A stretch of 64,000 bases of DNA from Longimicrobiales bacterium (GCA_965202805.1 OZ241869.1:2752001-2816000); one strand, 5' to 3'. Counted from the first letter of the stretch, positions 17,749 through 29,200 are shown. Numbers and translations are program-made. The notes: generated from the sequence alone by a model not told the origin.

Positions 17749-20370
17749 TCAGCGCCCCGGTCCGAGCAGCACCGCGTTCATGAACAGCAGCTGGGTCGCC
17801 TCCGCGTAGGCACGGTAGTTGGGATCCTCCGCGAAGGCCACGATCTGGCCGCTGCCCACCGGCTGATGGATCAGGAAGGCCTTGTTGGCCAGCTGGGGCC
17901 GGGATTCCTCCCAGACGATCCCGCCCAGAAGGAGATCGCTCTCGTCCGCGTAGCGTCCGACGTTGGTGCCGTCGTCCAGGGTCACCGGCCGAAATACCCG
18001 CGATCCCACCACCAGCACCCCGATTTCGCCGTCGGTGCCGGAGGCGAGCCAGTGGTCGTCGTCGAGCAGCACCCTGATGATGGCGCCGGGCACGGATGCC
18101 GGAGCCTCGTCCGCGGGCACGATGGCGTCCAGGTATTCGATGGGCTGGTCGGGGGTGCCGGGATCCGGGGGATCGTCGGCTTCGGCGCGGCCCCCGCGGC
18201 GCTCGGCGGTGGTGGCCAGCAACCCCGCTCGAGCTGCCCAGCGCGTCGACTCGGCCATGGTGATCAGGGTGCCGCCGCCGCGCATCCACTCGCTCAGCCG
18301 GTCCTGCAGGCCGCCGCCGACGGCGCCCGAGTAGCTGCCGCTGGGGAAGACGATGACGTCGTAGCGGTTCAGGTCCGCGCGGCCCAGGCTGGAGGCGCGC
18401 ACGACCGTGGTAGCCTGGGCGTAGCGGCGCTCCAGGACGTAGCGGGTCCAGCCCACCGAGTAGGTCTGGCCGGGCTCGTCGTAGACCAGCAGCACCCTCG
18501 GCTCGCGCAACCCCCGTGTGGCGTTGCTGCCCAGCGACGTCCCTTCGGTCACGTAGGCGCCGTCGATGGGAACGACTTCGGCTCCGTGGGCGCCGGCGAT
18601 GCGCCCCAGCGTCTCGCGCAGGTCCGGTCCGTTCTCCGTGGTACGCACGATCGCGGTGCCCATCGGGTACTCGCGGCCCTCCAGCGTGAAACGGGCGCCG
18701 GCGGCCCGCACGCGGACGCCTTCGCGCAGGGCTTCCACGACCGCACCGGCCGCGTTCGTGCCCCACGGCAGGAGGTAGCCGACGGTTGCCTCCGGGAGCG
18801 CGAGAGCTTCCGCCTCGCGGGTGGCGGCGACCGGGGCGCCGGCCGCTCCGGTCGGCCGGTCGACGGTGATGGCCTCCACATCCCACAAGAGCGCCTGGCT
18901 CCACGCGGTAATGTCGTAGATCTGGTCGGGCTCCCGCCGGGCGCGCCGGTCGATCTGCTCCTGGACGAAGTCCTCCGCCATGGGCACGTGCGCGTCGAGC
19001 AGGTTGCGCGCGAACCGGTGCGTCGGCTGGTCCATGGGGACAATGAAGGTCCCCTCGGCCGGGAGCTGGCGACCCTGGACGCTGACCGGTCCGGCGGCCT
19101 CACGCACCTCGATGCCGTTGCGCACCAGCATGCGCGCCAGCCGCTCCGCCATCCCCGGGTCGTGGGCGGAGTGAAGAACGTACTCGGCGACGCCCTGGCC
19201 GCCCAGTTCGATCCCCTCCCGGCGGAAGGCCAGGTAGTCGGTGAGGATGCGCTCGCGGTTGACGGCGGAGGTGTGCGCCGTGGCCATGGCTGCGGTGAAC
19301 TGGTGCAGGACTCCGTCGCCGTAGGTAAGCACATCGCCGTCGGACTGCTCGAGCACCAGCGCCCGCGCCGACGCCTGTTCGTAGGTCATGCCGAGCGCCC
19401 CGTGGTTCATCGGCCACATGTCCACGTAGCCCGGATAGAAGAGGTCGAAGACTTCGCGGTTGAAGTAGGCGAAGCCCCGCGCGTCGAACGCAGCGGCGTT
19501 GGCGCGCCCGAAAACATCCATCAGCGCGATCTGGCGCTCACCGTACCAGGGATTCTCCGGGGGTGCCGTGGGCGGAAAGAAATAGGTGGCGTCGCCGCCC
19601 ATCTCATGCAGATCGGCCACGATGTGCGGCCAGTACTCCAGGAAGATCTCCACCTTGCCCCGCGTCTCCACCTGGCTCTGGATGAAGAGGTCGCGGTTCA
19701 GGTCGAACAGGTAGTGGTTGACGCGCCCGCCCGGCCAGCGCTCGTCGTGCTCCGCCGAGTACGCCTCGACGTTGGGCGTGACCGCCGCCGTCATCGTGTT
19801 TTCCTGGACGAAGCGGTTGCGTCCGTCCGGGTTCTCCACCGGATCGATGAGCACCAGCGACTCGGCGAAGATGAGGTCGACGTTCGGGTCGTTCTCCGCG
19901 GCCAGCAGGTGGTAGGCCTCCATCATGGCCGCCCCGGAGGGACTGATCTCGTTCCCGTGGATGCTGTGCATGAGCGCGGTGACCACCGGCAGCCCTGCGA
20001 TGAGCTCCTCCGCCTCGGCGTCCGACAGTCCCTCCGGATGGGCCAGCCGCGCCAGCCCCGCCTTGATCTCCTCCAGCGACGCGATCCGCTCCGGCGTCCC
20101 GATCACCATGATCACCAGCGGCCGCCCCTCCCAGCTGTCGGCGTAGTGGATCAGGCGCGTCCGGTCCGGAGCCGCTTCGGCCAGCGCCTCGAAGTAGCGA
20201 ACGAGCTGGTCGGGCGGCGTGACCACCTCCCAGACCTCGTGCCCCACCACGGACTGTATCGTGGGGATGGCGGGATTGTACGTCGTACCGGGAACGAACT
20301 CGCCCGGCGAGGCGGGAGCCTGGGGACCGGGGAGCTGCAGCAGGGCGGCGAGAGCGATGGTGGCAAACAT
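17749..20370 (-). CDS. M14 family zinc carboxypeptidase-like protein with a C-terminal GAT-like domain, exported
   Basis: HGNE zinc ligands, NPDG, DLNRD and DLHEM motifs, plus an N-terminal signal. Confidence 0.9.
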   Translation of the reverse strand: MFATIALAALLQLPGPQAPASPGEFVPGTTYNPAIPTIQSVVGHEVWEVVTPPDQLVRYFEALAEAAPDRTRLIHYADSWEGRPLVIMVIGTPERIASLEEIKAGLARLAHPEGLSDAEAEELIAGLPVVTALMHSIHGNEISPSGAAMMEAYHLLAAENDPNVDLIFAESLVLIDPVENPDGRNRFVQENTMTAAVTPNVEAYSAEHDERWPGGRVNHYLFDLNRDLFIQSQVETRGKVEIFLEYWPHIVADLHEMGGDATYFFPPTAPPENPWYGERQIALMDVFGRANAAAFDARGFAYFNREVFDLFYPGYVDMWPMNHGALGMTYEQASARALVLEQSDGDVLTYGDGVLHQFTAAMATAHTSAVNRERILTDYLAFRREGIELGGQGVAEYVLHSAHDPGMAERLARMLVRNGIEVREAAGPVSVQGRQLPAEGTFIVPMDQPTHRFARNLLDAHVPMAEDFVQEQIDRRARREPDQIYDITAWSQALLWDVEAITVDRPTGAAGAPVAATREAEALALPEATVGYLLPWGTNAAGAVVEALREGVRVRAAGARFTLEGREYPMGTAIVRTTENGPDLRETLGRIAGAHGAEVVPIDGAYVTEGTSLGSNATRGLREPRVLLVYDEPGQTYSVGWTRYVLERRYAQATTVVRASSLGRADLNRYDVIVFPSGSYSGAVGGGLQDRLSEWMRGGGTLITMAESTRWAARAGLLATTAERRGGRAEADDPPDPGTPDQPIEYLDAIVPADEAPASVPGAIIRVLLDDDHWLASGTDGEIGVLVVGSRVFRPVTLDDGTNVGRYADESDLLLGGIVWEESRPQLANKAFLIHQPVGSGQIVAFAEDPNYRAYAEATQLLFMNAVLLGPGR

Positions 20371-20670
20371 GATTCTCGTGCGGGATGAGGGGACGAACGG
20401 CGTTCAGCGCCGGAGGGATGCGGACCGGAACCGGATGATACTAAGGAGGCGGCGGGGTTACCGGAACATGCGGGAGCCCGAGTGGGCGATGCCGGGCCAA
20501 CGCGTTGGTGGCAGATCGGGCATCCGCCATGATGCCGCCCATCTGCGCGTGAGGCTCATGCGTGTAGGTTGTTCGAGGGCCGTTGCCCAACGGCTTGGGG
20601 AGAGCAGGGGCTCCGGCCTTCCCCGCATTCCATAGACTCCCGCCATTCAGCACATCTCCCAACAACTCCC

Positions 20671-21729
20671 ATGACTCCGAAATCCCTCAACATCTTCATC
20701 GCCAGCCCGCTCGAGCCCGAACAGGTGGAGCGCATCCGGGCCGTCGACCCCGAGCGCCTCGAGGTCGTCCACGACCCGGACGTCCTTCCGCCCAAGCGCT
20801 ACGAAGCCGACCACACCGGCCCCGCCGACTTCCGCCGCACGCCCGAGCAGCAGGCGCGCTGGAAGGCGTACCTCGGGCGCGCCGACATCCTCTGGGACTT
20901 CCCGCCGCGAAACCCCGACGGCACCGGAGGGCTCGCGTACGCGCCCAATGTGCGCTGGATCCAGGGGACGAGTTCAGGCGTGGGCCGGACGGTCGAGGCG
21001 TTGGGGCTGCTGGACTCGGATCTGCTCATCACGACCGCGCGCGGCGTGCACGGCGGCGCCCTGGCCGAGTTCGTCTTCCTGATCCTGCTCGCGCACGTGC
21101 GCAAGTTCGCGCATCTCGCCGACCTCCAGCGCCGGCGCCTGTGGGAGCGCTTCTGCGGAGAAGAACTGGAGGGCAGGACGCTGGCGATCATCGGGACGGG
21201 CGCGGTGGGCCGCCAGGTCGCCTTGGTGGGCAGATGCTTCGGGATGCGCGTCGTTGCACTGGCCAGCCCGAAATCGCGCCGCACGGCCGAGGAGCTGGGC
21301 GCGGACGCGCTTTATGCCAACGACGACATGCACCGGATGCTCGCTGAAACCGACGCGTTGGTCCTCAGCGTCCCCCACACGCCGGCGACCGACGGGCTCA
21401 TCGACAGCGCCGCGTTGCGAGCCCTGAAACCGGGCGCGATCCTGGTGAACGTGGCGCGGGGCGGAGTGGTGGACGAGCCCGCCCTCCTCGAGGCACTGCG
21501 CGAGGGACGCATCGCTCTCGCGGGCCTCGACGTGTTCGCCGACGAGCCGCTCCCGGCCGACAGCCCCTTCTGGGACATGCCCAACGTGATCGTCAGCCCT
21601 CACTCATCGGCGAATGCCGCAAGCGAGAACCGGAAGATCACGGACATCTTCCGCCACAACCTGCGCTGCTACCTGGACGGGCGCCCGGGCGACATGCGCA
21701 ACATCTTTCAGAGCAAGAGGATGTATTAG
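20671..21729 (+). CDS. D-isomer-specific 2-hydroxyacid dehydrogenase
   Basis: GTGAVG, NVARG, LDVFADEP and SPH catalytic motifs. Confidence 0.9.
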   Translation: MTPKSLNIFIASPLEPEQVERIRAVDPERLEVVHDPDVLPPKRYEADHTGPADFRRTPEQQARWKAYLGRADILWDFPPRNPDGTGGLAYAPNVRWIQGTSSGVGRTVEALGLLDSDLLITTARGVHGGALAEFVFLILLAHVRKFAHLADLQRRRLWERFCGEELEGRTLAIIGTGAVGRQVALVGRCFGMRVVALASPKSRRTAEELGADALYANDDMHRMLAETDALVLSVPHTPATDGLIDSAALRALKPGAILVNVARGGVVDEPALLEALREGRIALAGLDVFADEPLPADSPFWDMPNVIVSPHSSANAASENRKITDIFRHNLRCYLDGRPGDMRNIFQSKRMY

Positions 21730-21733
21730 GCCG

Positions 21734-22225
21734 ATGCCCGTCGTGAGCGCCGTTCCCTTCACCCTCAAACGCAGCTCCGACCTCCACACATCCGGCTGGG
21801 GATACGAATCCACCACGGAGACGGCACATGGGCTCGTGCGGCTGGAGGAGGACCGCCTGGTAATCCAGTGGCGCGTTGCGGTGGTGACCGAATCGGTGGA
21901 AGGCAGCGGGTACGAGACCCGGGAAGAGATCGAGCCCGTAAGGGAGATCGTGATCCCGCTCGCCAAGGTGGCGGGTGCCGTCGTGACTCGGCGGAAATGG
22001 TGGAGGCTGGCTGGCCCGAGGCTCACCATCACCGCTGCGGACCTCCTTGCCTTCGAAAAGATCGCCGGACCCCAGGGCCTCAAGCTCAAGCATCCCTCGA
22101 AGCTCGTGCTGAGGATTAAACGGGCCGACCGGCTGATCGCGGAAGAGTTTGCCGCCGAACTGGCGCTCACGCTGACGCGGTTGCCGGAGGACGAGCGGCG
22201 GGCGCAGTTGCCGGAGTCGTCCTAA
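21734..22225 (+). CDS. Hypothetical protein (163 aa)
   Basis: ATG 4 nt after the upstream stop, globular composition, fills the gap, and its stop overlaps the convergent gene. Confidence 0.6.
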   Translation: MPVVSAVPFTLKRSSDLHTSGWGYESTTETAHGLVRLEEDRLVIQWRVAVVTESVEGSGYETREEIEPVREIVIPLAKVAGAVVTRRKWWRLAGPRLTITAADLLAFEKIAGPQGLKLKHPSKLVLRIKRADRLIAEEFAAELALTLTRLPEDERRAQLPESS

Positions 22226-23172
22226 GCCCGAGCGCACATCTCCACGGCCTCCCTCAGCGAGCGCAGGGGGTCGCCGCTCTGCGGGATGAACTCGTGGGCC
22301 ATGTAGCCGGTGAAGCCTGTGTCCCGGATCGCGCGCACGATGGCGGGATAGTTGAGTTCCTGCGACTCGTCGATCTCCGCGCGCCCGGGGACGCCGCCGG
22401 TGTGGTAGTGGCCGATCCAGTCGCGGGCGTCGGTCAGGGTGCGGATGATGTCGCCCTCCATGATCTGCATGTGGTAGATGTCGTAGAGGATGCGCACGCG
22501 GGGAGAGTCGACGGCGCGGATGATCTCGAGGGCGTAGGACATGTGGTCGCCGATGTAGTCGACGTGTCCGCCCGGCTTGGAGTTGAGCGCCTCCACGAGG
22601 ATCGTGACGTCCTCGGCCTCGGCGATCGGGGCGCATTCGCGCAGGCACCGGATCGAGTTGTCGATGGCCGGCGCGTCCGGCATTCCGCGGCGGTTGCCGA
22701 AGAAGCAGATCACGTTGGGCACGCCCTCGCGCGCGGCCCGCGGGATGTGCTCCTCGAAGGCGCGGATGATGCCGGCGTGGTTGCGGGGTTCGTTGAGCCC
22801 GTCCTCGATGGTGCCCGCGCCGACGTCACCGCATGAGACCACCAGGCCGTGGTCGTGCGCGACCGCCCATTCGTCCACGAGCAGGAGGTCGATTGCGGGC
22901 AGCCCCATCTCCGCGACCGCGGCGCAGAAGGGGCGCAGCGGGATGTCCTCGAAGCACCAGCGGGCGACCGACTGGGTGATGCCGGTCTGGAGGGCCGCGC
23001 CGGTGCCTGCGTCGTCCCGGGGATGCGGGGCATGAGAATCGCTGTCCGGGCCGCCGGCCGGCTCCGCTGCTCCCGGCTCCGCGTGGACCCGCCCACCGGC
23101 TCCCGGAATCATCAGCCCCAGAGAGGCGGCGCCGGTTGCTTTCAGGACTTCGCGACGTGTAAGGTTGGGCAT
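22222..23172 (-). CDS. Tat-exported TIM-barrel protein, hydroxypyruvate isomerase/sugar phosphate isomerase family
   Basis: TRREVLK Tat motif, EALNS, LYDIYHMQIMEGD, HYHTGGVPGRAE and HEF. Confidence 0.88.
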   Translation of the reverse strand: MPNLTRREVLKATGAASLGLMIPGAGGRVHAEPGAAEPAGGPDSDSHAPHPRDDAGTGAALQTGITQSVARWCFEDIPLRPFCAAVAEMGLPAIDLLLVDEWAVAHDHGLVVSCGDVGAGTIEDGLNEPRNHAGIIRAFEEHIPRAAREGVPNVICFFGNRRGMPDAPAIDNSIRCLRECAPIAEAEDVTILVEALNSKPGGHVDYIGDHMSYALEIIRAVDSPRVRILYDIYHMQIMEGDIIRTLTDARDWIGHYHTGGVPGRAEIDESQELNYPAIVRAIRDTGFTGYMAHEFIPQSGDPLRSLREAVEMCARA

Positions 23173-23247
23173 CTTTCCCAAGCCTCCTTTTCGTTCGGAG
23201 CAACCTCCTCCCGACACGGCCGCGTCAGGCGGCGGAAACGGTAACCC

Positions 23248-23928
23248 ATGAAACGAAGGCGGGCCATCGGCGTGCTGGGCGGGATGGTGGGTGGTCCGCT
23301 GCTCGCGCCGGAAGGCGCCTTCGCGGAGCTGGTCGCCTGGGCGGAACGGGTCCGCGCTTCCGCCGGGGAAGCCGGCGGCTCGGTTCACGACGCCAGCCAG
23401 GTGGCGCCCAGCCTCCTCACCCCACCCCGCACGCGCGTCATGGCCGCGCTGGCCGAGGCGATCATCCCCGTGACCGACACCCCGGGTGCATCGGAGGCCG
23501 GGGTGACGGAATTCGTGGCCGCCCTGGTGGACGGGTGGCTGGACGACGACGACCGCGACCGCTTCCTCACGGGCCTGGACTCGGTGAATCCGGCGGCCCG
23601 CGACCGCTTCGGGGCCGACTTCGCCGACTGCACCGCGGACGAACAGGCGGCGCTGGTGGGCGACCTCGACGCCGACCTGACCCGCCTCCGCGACGACCCG
23701 GATGCCGACGAGACCCGGCACTTCTTCCACGACGTGAAGCGGTTCACCCTGACCGCGTACTTCACCTCGGAGGTCGGCCTGGAGGCCATCGGCTACCGCA
23801 CCACCTTCCGCGCCTTCGAGGGGTGCGCGCCGCTGACCGACGCGGAGGCCGGCCGGTCTCCCGGTGCGGACACCGGCGCGCAAGGCCCCTCACCCGCCGC
23901 AACGCCCGCTCCGGGGGCGTACGCATGA
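23248..23928 (+). CDS. Gluconate 2-dehydrogenase subunit 3 family protein
   Basis: KRRRAI Tat-like leader, IIPVTDTPGA and AYFTSEVG; ATGA overlap with the GMC gene. Confidence 0.85.
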   Translation: MKRRRAIGVLGGMVGGPLLAPEGAFAELVAWAERVRASAGEAGGSVHDASQVAPSLLTPPRTRVMAALAEAIIPVTDTPGASEAGVTEFVAALVDGWLDDDDRDRFLTGLDSVNPAARDRFGADFADCTADEQAALVGDLDADLTRLRDDPDADETRHFFHDVKRFTLTAYFTSEVGLEAIGYRTTFRAFEGCAPLTDAEAGRSPGADTGAQGPSPAATPAPGAYA

Positions 23929-25622
23929 ACATCCGCCGCCGCCGCCAGGAATACGACGCCATCATCGTCGGCTCGGGGATGTCCGGCGGATGGGCGGCCA
24001 AGGAACTCACCGAGCTGGGGGCAACCGTCCTCGTCCTCGAAGCCGGCCCGATGATCGTGCCCGAACGGGACTACGGCGAGCACACCCGTACATCGGAAAT
24101 GCCCTACCGGGGCTGGAACGACCGCAAGGCCCTGGCCGCCGACCAGCCCATCCAGAGCCAGTGCTACGCCTGCGACGAAGTGGCGCGCAAGTTCTTCGTC
24201 AACGACAACGAGCATCCCTACACCAGCGACTCCGAGGAGCCCTTCCTGTGGATCCGCGGGCGCCAGGTGGGGGGCCGCTCGATCATGTGGGCGCGGCAGT
24301 GCTACCGGCTGAGCGACCTCGACTTCGAGGCCAACGCCCGCGACGGACACGGCATCGACTGGCCCATCCGCTACGCCGACATCGCCCCCTGGTACGACCA
24401 CGTCGACGCCTTCGTCGGCATCAGCGGGCAGGCGGAGGGGCTGCCCCAGGTGCCGGACGGCGTCTTCCTCCCGCCCATGCCGATGTCGTGTGTCGAGGAG
24501 CACATGCGCGACTCGATCGAGCGCGCGTACGGCGGTACCCGGCGCATGACCATCGGGCGCACCGCCGTGCTCACCCGCGACCACAGGGGACGCCGCGCCT
24601 GCCACTACTGCGGCCCCTGCCACCGCGGCTGCCGCACCCGCAGCTACTTCAGCTCCATCAACGCGACCCTGCCCGCCGCGGAGGCGACCGGCCGCCTGAC
24701 CCTGCGTCCCAACAGCGTGGTGCCCGGCGTCATCTGGGATCCGGGGCGGGGACGCGTGACCGGCGTGCGCGTCATCGACCGCGAGAGCCACGAGGAGCTG
24801 GAGTTCCACGCGCGCACCGTCTTCCTCGGGGCCTCCGCCCTCGAATCGACGCGCATCCTCCTCAACTCGACGTCATCCGACTTCCCGGACGGCCTCGCCA
24901 ACTCGAGCGGCGTGCTCGGCAAGTACCTCATGGATCACGCCATGTGCGACGATACGCGCGCCATCTTCGACGGCTGGGAGGACCGCACGACCCGCGGCAG
25001 GCGTCCCAACGGCATCTACATCGCCCGCTTCGCCAACGTCACCGAGCCATCCTCCGATTTCGTGCGCGGCTACGGGTTCCAGGGCGCGGCGGAGCGCCTG
25101 GGATGGGGACGCGGCATTTCCATGCCGGGCTTCGGAGCCGGCTACAAGCGCGAGCTCGCGCGCCCGGGCCCCTGGGAGTTCCGGCTGCACGCATTCGGCG
25201 AGTGCCTGCCGCGCGAGGAGAACCAAGTGGCCCTCGACCCGGACCAGGTCGACGCCTGGCGCATCCCCACGCTGCGCATCAGTTGCGAATGGAGCGAAAA
25301 CGAGCGCGCGATGATGCGCGAGGCCGTCAACCAGGCCGCCGAAATGCTCGAAGCGGCCGGCGCGCGCGACATCGTCCCCCAGCCGGTGGTCTCGCCTCCC
25401 GGGCTGGCCATCCACGAGATGGGGACTGCGCGCATGGGCCGCGATCCGGCCACGTCCGTGTTGAACGGCTTCAACCAAACCTGGGACGTGCCCAACCTCT
25501 TCGTCATCGACGGCGCGGCCATGACCTCGTCCGGTTGTCAGAACCCGTCGCTGACCTACATGGCGCTCGCGGCGCGGGCGAGCCACTACGCGGTGTGGGC
25601 CTCGAGGCGGGGCGAGATCTAG
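23925..25622 (+). CDS. GMC family FAD oxidoreductase (glycoside 3-dehydrogenase type)
   Basis: GSGMSGG, GGRSIMW, CHYCGPCHRGC Fe-S motif, HEMGTARMG and NPSLT. Confidence 0.92.
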   Translation: MNIRRRRQEYDAIIVGSGMSGGWAAKELTELGATVLVLEAGPMIVPERDYGEHTRTSEMPYRGWNDRKALAADQPIQSQCYACDEVARKFFVNDNEHPYTSDSEEPFLWIRGRQVGGRSIMWARQCYRLSDLDFEANARDGHGIDWPIRYADIAPWYDHVDAFVGISGQAEGLPQVPDGVFLPPMPMSCVEEHMRDSIERAYGGTRRMTIGRTAVLTRDHRGRRACHYCGPCHRGCRTRSYFSSINATLPAAEATGRLTLRPNSVVPGVIWDPGRGRVTGVRVIDRESHEELEFHARTVFLGASALESTRILLNSTSSDFPDGLANSSGVLGKYLMDHAMCDDTRAIFDGWEDRTTRGRRPNGIYIARFANVTEPSSDFVRGYGFQGAAERLGWGRGISMPGFGAGYKRELARPGPWEFRLHAFGECLPREENQVALDPDQVDAWRIPTLRISCEWSENERAMMREAVNQAAEMLEAAGARDIVPQPVVSPPGLAIHEMGTARMGRDPATSVLNGFNQTWDVPNLFVIDGAAMTSSGCQNPSLTYMALAARASHYAVWASRRGEI

Positions 25623-25628
25623 CGACTC

Positions 25629-26225
25629 GTGGCAGACATGGAAGACACCACCCCTCTCTTTTTTCCCACTCCTCACGACCTGCGCGCCTGGTTCGCGGCG
25701 AACCACGACAAGGTCGACGTGATGTGGGTGGGCTACTACAAGAAGGCCACGAAGCTCCCCACCGTCACCCTCGGGGAATCCGTGGACACCGCCCTCTGCT
25801 TCGGCTGGATCGACGGCCTGAAGCGCACCGTCGACGACAAGGCCTACAAGATCCGTTTCACGCCACGGCGCCGCCGGAGCCATTGGAGCGCCCGCAATCT
25901 GGCGCGCATGAAGCAGTTGCTCGCCCAGGGAGTCGTGGCCGAACCGGGGCTGGCGGCATACGAAAGGCGCGACAAGAGCAAGGACCGGGCGGCGTACGAA
26001 CCGGATGTCACCGCGCTACCTCCCGAGTACGAACGCCGGATCAGGGCCGAGCCCGAAGCCTGGAAGTACTTCCGGAACACGCGCCCTTCCTACCGCAAGC
26101 AGGTGGCTCGCTGGGTTGTGAGCGCGAAGCGGGAGGAGACGCGCCTGCGGCGTCTTGGAATCCTCATCGACTCCAGCGCCAGCGGGAGAGTGATCCCGCC
26201 GATGCGCTGGATGGAGAAGAGCTAG
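25629..26225 (+). CDS. YdeI/OmpD-associated (bacteriocin-protection) family protein
   Basis: ALCFGWIDG, FTPRRxxSHWS and SAKREETRLRRL motifs. Confidence 0.88.
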   Translation: MADMEDTTPLFFPTPHDLRAWFAANHDKVDVMWVGYYKKATKLPTVTLGESVDTALCFGWIDGLKRTVDDKAYKIRFTPRRRRSHWSARNLARMKQLLAQGVVAEPGLAAYERRDKSKDRAAYEPDVTALPPEYERRIRAEPEAWKYFRNTRPSYRKQVARWVVSAKREETRLRRLGILIDSSASGRVIPPMRWMEKS

Positions 26226-29200
26226 CGCCCCACCCCCGGCACCCCCTCCGGCTCGTCGTCCCACCACCACAGCGGCGCCAGCGGCCGCTCGCGCGGATAG
26301 AGCTCGTCGAGTGTGTCGCCATCGTAGAGGCGGCCGTTCAGCATCACCCGGTCGATGGTGTTGGTGTTGCGCAGGTCGTCCAGCGGATTGGCGTCCAGGA
26401 TGACCAGGTCGGCCAGCTTGCCGGCCTCAATGGTGCCCAGGTCCTGGTCCAGCCCGATCGCCTCGGCCCCGAAGATGGTGGCCATGCGCAGGGCGTCGTG
26501 CTCGTCCATGTCCGCGGCCGCCATGGCCCACAGCTCCCAGTGGTATCCGAGCCCCTGGAGCTGCCCGTGGCTTCCGACACCCGCCTTGCCCCCGCCGTCG
26601 ACGAGGTCCTTCACGAACTCGCCGTGACGCGAGAAGGTGTGCTGGTCGCCGCGGAACCACTGCGGGCGGCGCAGGGTGCGGCTGTCGACTTCGTCGTGGG
26701 GGGTGAAGCGGCGAAGCTTGGGGTCGTCGTGCGGGTTCTCGCGGCTGTAGAAGTAGTTCTCCGCCCAGGGACCGCCGTAGGTCACCAGCAGTGTCGGCGT
26801 GTAGACCCGGCCGGTCTCGGCGAACAGCCGCACGTAGTCGTCATATACCGGAAAAATCGGGATGGAATGCTCCAGCCCCGGATATCCATCGAGGGTCTCG
26901 GTGAGGTTCTGGCGGATGTTGAGCGAGCCCTCGGTGGTGGGCATGAGCCCCAGCTCGCGCGCCGCCATGATGATGTGCTGGCGGCCCTTCCGCGCGGCCG
27001 CCACGTACATCTTGATGGTCTTGGTGTCGAAGTAGTCGGAATAGCGCCTGAGGACATCGTGCGCTTCCTCGGCGGTGTCGATCTGGTCCTGCCAGAAGAC
27101 ACCCGGCCCCGTCGAGTAGACGCGCGGCCCGAGTATCGAGCCGGTGCGGACCATGTCGGCGTACGAAAGGACCTCCGTGTTGCCGGTCTGCGGGTCGCGG
27201 GTGGTGGTCACGCCGTAGGCCAGGTTGGCCAGGTAGGGCCACACGTCCGTCCGGTGCAACTGGTCGCGCGCCCGCAGGTGCGCGTGCGTGTCCACGAAGC
27301 CGGGCACGATGGTGCGCCCCCTGACGTCGATCATGGTTGCACCATCCGGGACCATCACCGAACCGCTCCGGCCCACGGCGTCGATCCGGTTGTTGCGCAC
27401 CACGATGTCGGCGTTTTCGATGACCTCGTCGCCGTTCATCGTAATCGCGCGCGCCCCACGGAGCACTGCCAAGCCCTCGGGAATGTCCCGGGGCGCATCG
27501 ATGAGCACCCGGAACTCCGCCGCGCGGTACTCGTCATCGCCCTGTTCTTCGTCCTCGTCCTCCGCTTCCGTCTCGGCTTCCGGTTCCTCGGCCTCCTCCG
27601 CTTCCGCCTCTTCCTCGCCTTCTTCCTCCTCCGCGGCCGCCACGCTGTCCTCGAAGGCCTCGGCGGCATCCAGGTCGTAGGCGAAGTGCGCGTTGCCCAG
27701 CGACCAGTGCACCGAGCGGCCGTCGCCGCTCCAGGCCGGGAACTCGCCGCCGATGTCGGTCAGCTGGCGCGCGGGGAAGGCCGCGTTGTCGGGGTTGGAG
27801 ACGTTGATGGTGGGCGTGATGCCGATCCGGGGTACGGTCACGCTGTAGATCTGGCGCTGCAGCTCCACCAGCGCCTGGTCCCCGCGCGGCGCCATCCGGA
27901 CAGTCGTGGGCGCGAGCCCCTGGGTCGCGCCGGTCAGGGTGGCGCCCCGTACCCGCACGTGCTCCTTCTCGTCGCTGCCGTCCCAGCGAATCGACACCAG
28001 CAGGTCGGGCGGGCGGAACATGTAGATGCGGTCGTCGCCCTCCACGAAGTGCAGGTCGCGCCGCCCGTCGCTGGGCGCGATCACGGTCAACGGGCTTCCG
28101 TCATCGCCATCGGGCTCCGTCGACACCTGGACGATCTCGTTGCCGGGGGTACCGCCCTCGCCCTGGCTCTCGTAGGCGCGGATGAAGCCCCGGAGCGCCA
28201 CGAGGCGATCCCCCGGTCCCCACGCGGGCGAGAAGTAGGCGGCCGCGTCCCGGGTCAGGCGCTCGGGCTGTCCCCCACCGTCCACCCGGGACTTGTACAT
28301 GTGTCCGACCTCCCCATCCCAGGTCGCGTACGCGATCCACTCCCCGTCCGGGGACCAGGCCGGAAAGTGCTCGGAGCGGTCGGCGTCGGTGAGCCGCCTC
28401 GGGTTGGAGCCGTCGGCATCGGAGACCCACAGCCGGTCGAGCGCCGTAAACGCGAGCATGCCGCCGTCGGGCGACGGCGCCGCGTCGCGAATCTGCCGCA
28501 CGGTGAAGGTGGGCGTGTCCTCGATGGGGTAGTCGAAGTCGACCCGCGCTCCGAGCGTCAAATCCATCTGCACCCGGAACGGGATCTCCTCGGCGCCTCC
28601 ACCTTCGACCGGCAGCTTCCACATCCTGCCGCCGTAGGAAACCACCAGGTAGCGCGAGTCCGGAGTGAAGGACATGCCCGGCAGCACATCCAGCGTCGCG
28701 CGCGACTCCTGGTCGTCGTGCTGCACCGGATGCGCGAGCCAGCGCTCCTCGCTCGTCTCCAGGTCCCGGATCAGGAGCCCGGTCTGGTCGTCGTGGCGGG
28801 TCCCGAACACCAGCCAGCGTCCGTCGGGCGAGAGCGTGGGCCGCACCGCCGAGCCGTAACGTGACGACTTCGGGTAGCGCTCGCCGTCCTCGCGGTCGTA
28901 GGCCTCGAGCTGGTACTGCGGGAACTGGGCGTTGTACTGCCAGTCGCCGGTGCGGCGCGCGTACCACACGTGGCGTCCGTCGGGCGAGACCGCCGGCCCC
29001 GTCACCTTCATGTTGTCGGGCTCGGAGACGAGTTCGATGCCGCCGCCCCCGTCGACGTGGAACATCTTGAGCTTGGGCAGGTTTCCGCCCCGGAAGTTGC
29101 CGACCGCCGCGACCACGTAGTCCCCGTCCGGCATCCACTCCGGCGACTCGGTGCGATTCGACGCGCCGCGGGACACCTGCACGGTGTCCGAGCCGTCCAG

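Noticed and set aside
20371..20670. Short ORFs in the 300-bp divergent gap
   Set aside because: No recognisable motif or RBS; most likely promoter DNA.
27530..27645. Low-complexity Glu/Ala-rich stretch
   Set aside because: An ordinary acidic inter-domain linker in the amidohydrolase.
23864..28864. 1666-aa ORF and other long overlapping ORFs (17581-20388, 57049-59418, 747-2984, 11053-13152)
   Set aside because: These are off-frame or antisense shadows of well-supported genes. They are Arg/Pro/Gly-rich with no motifs, as expected in high-GC DNA.
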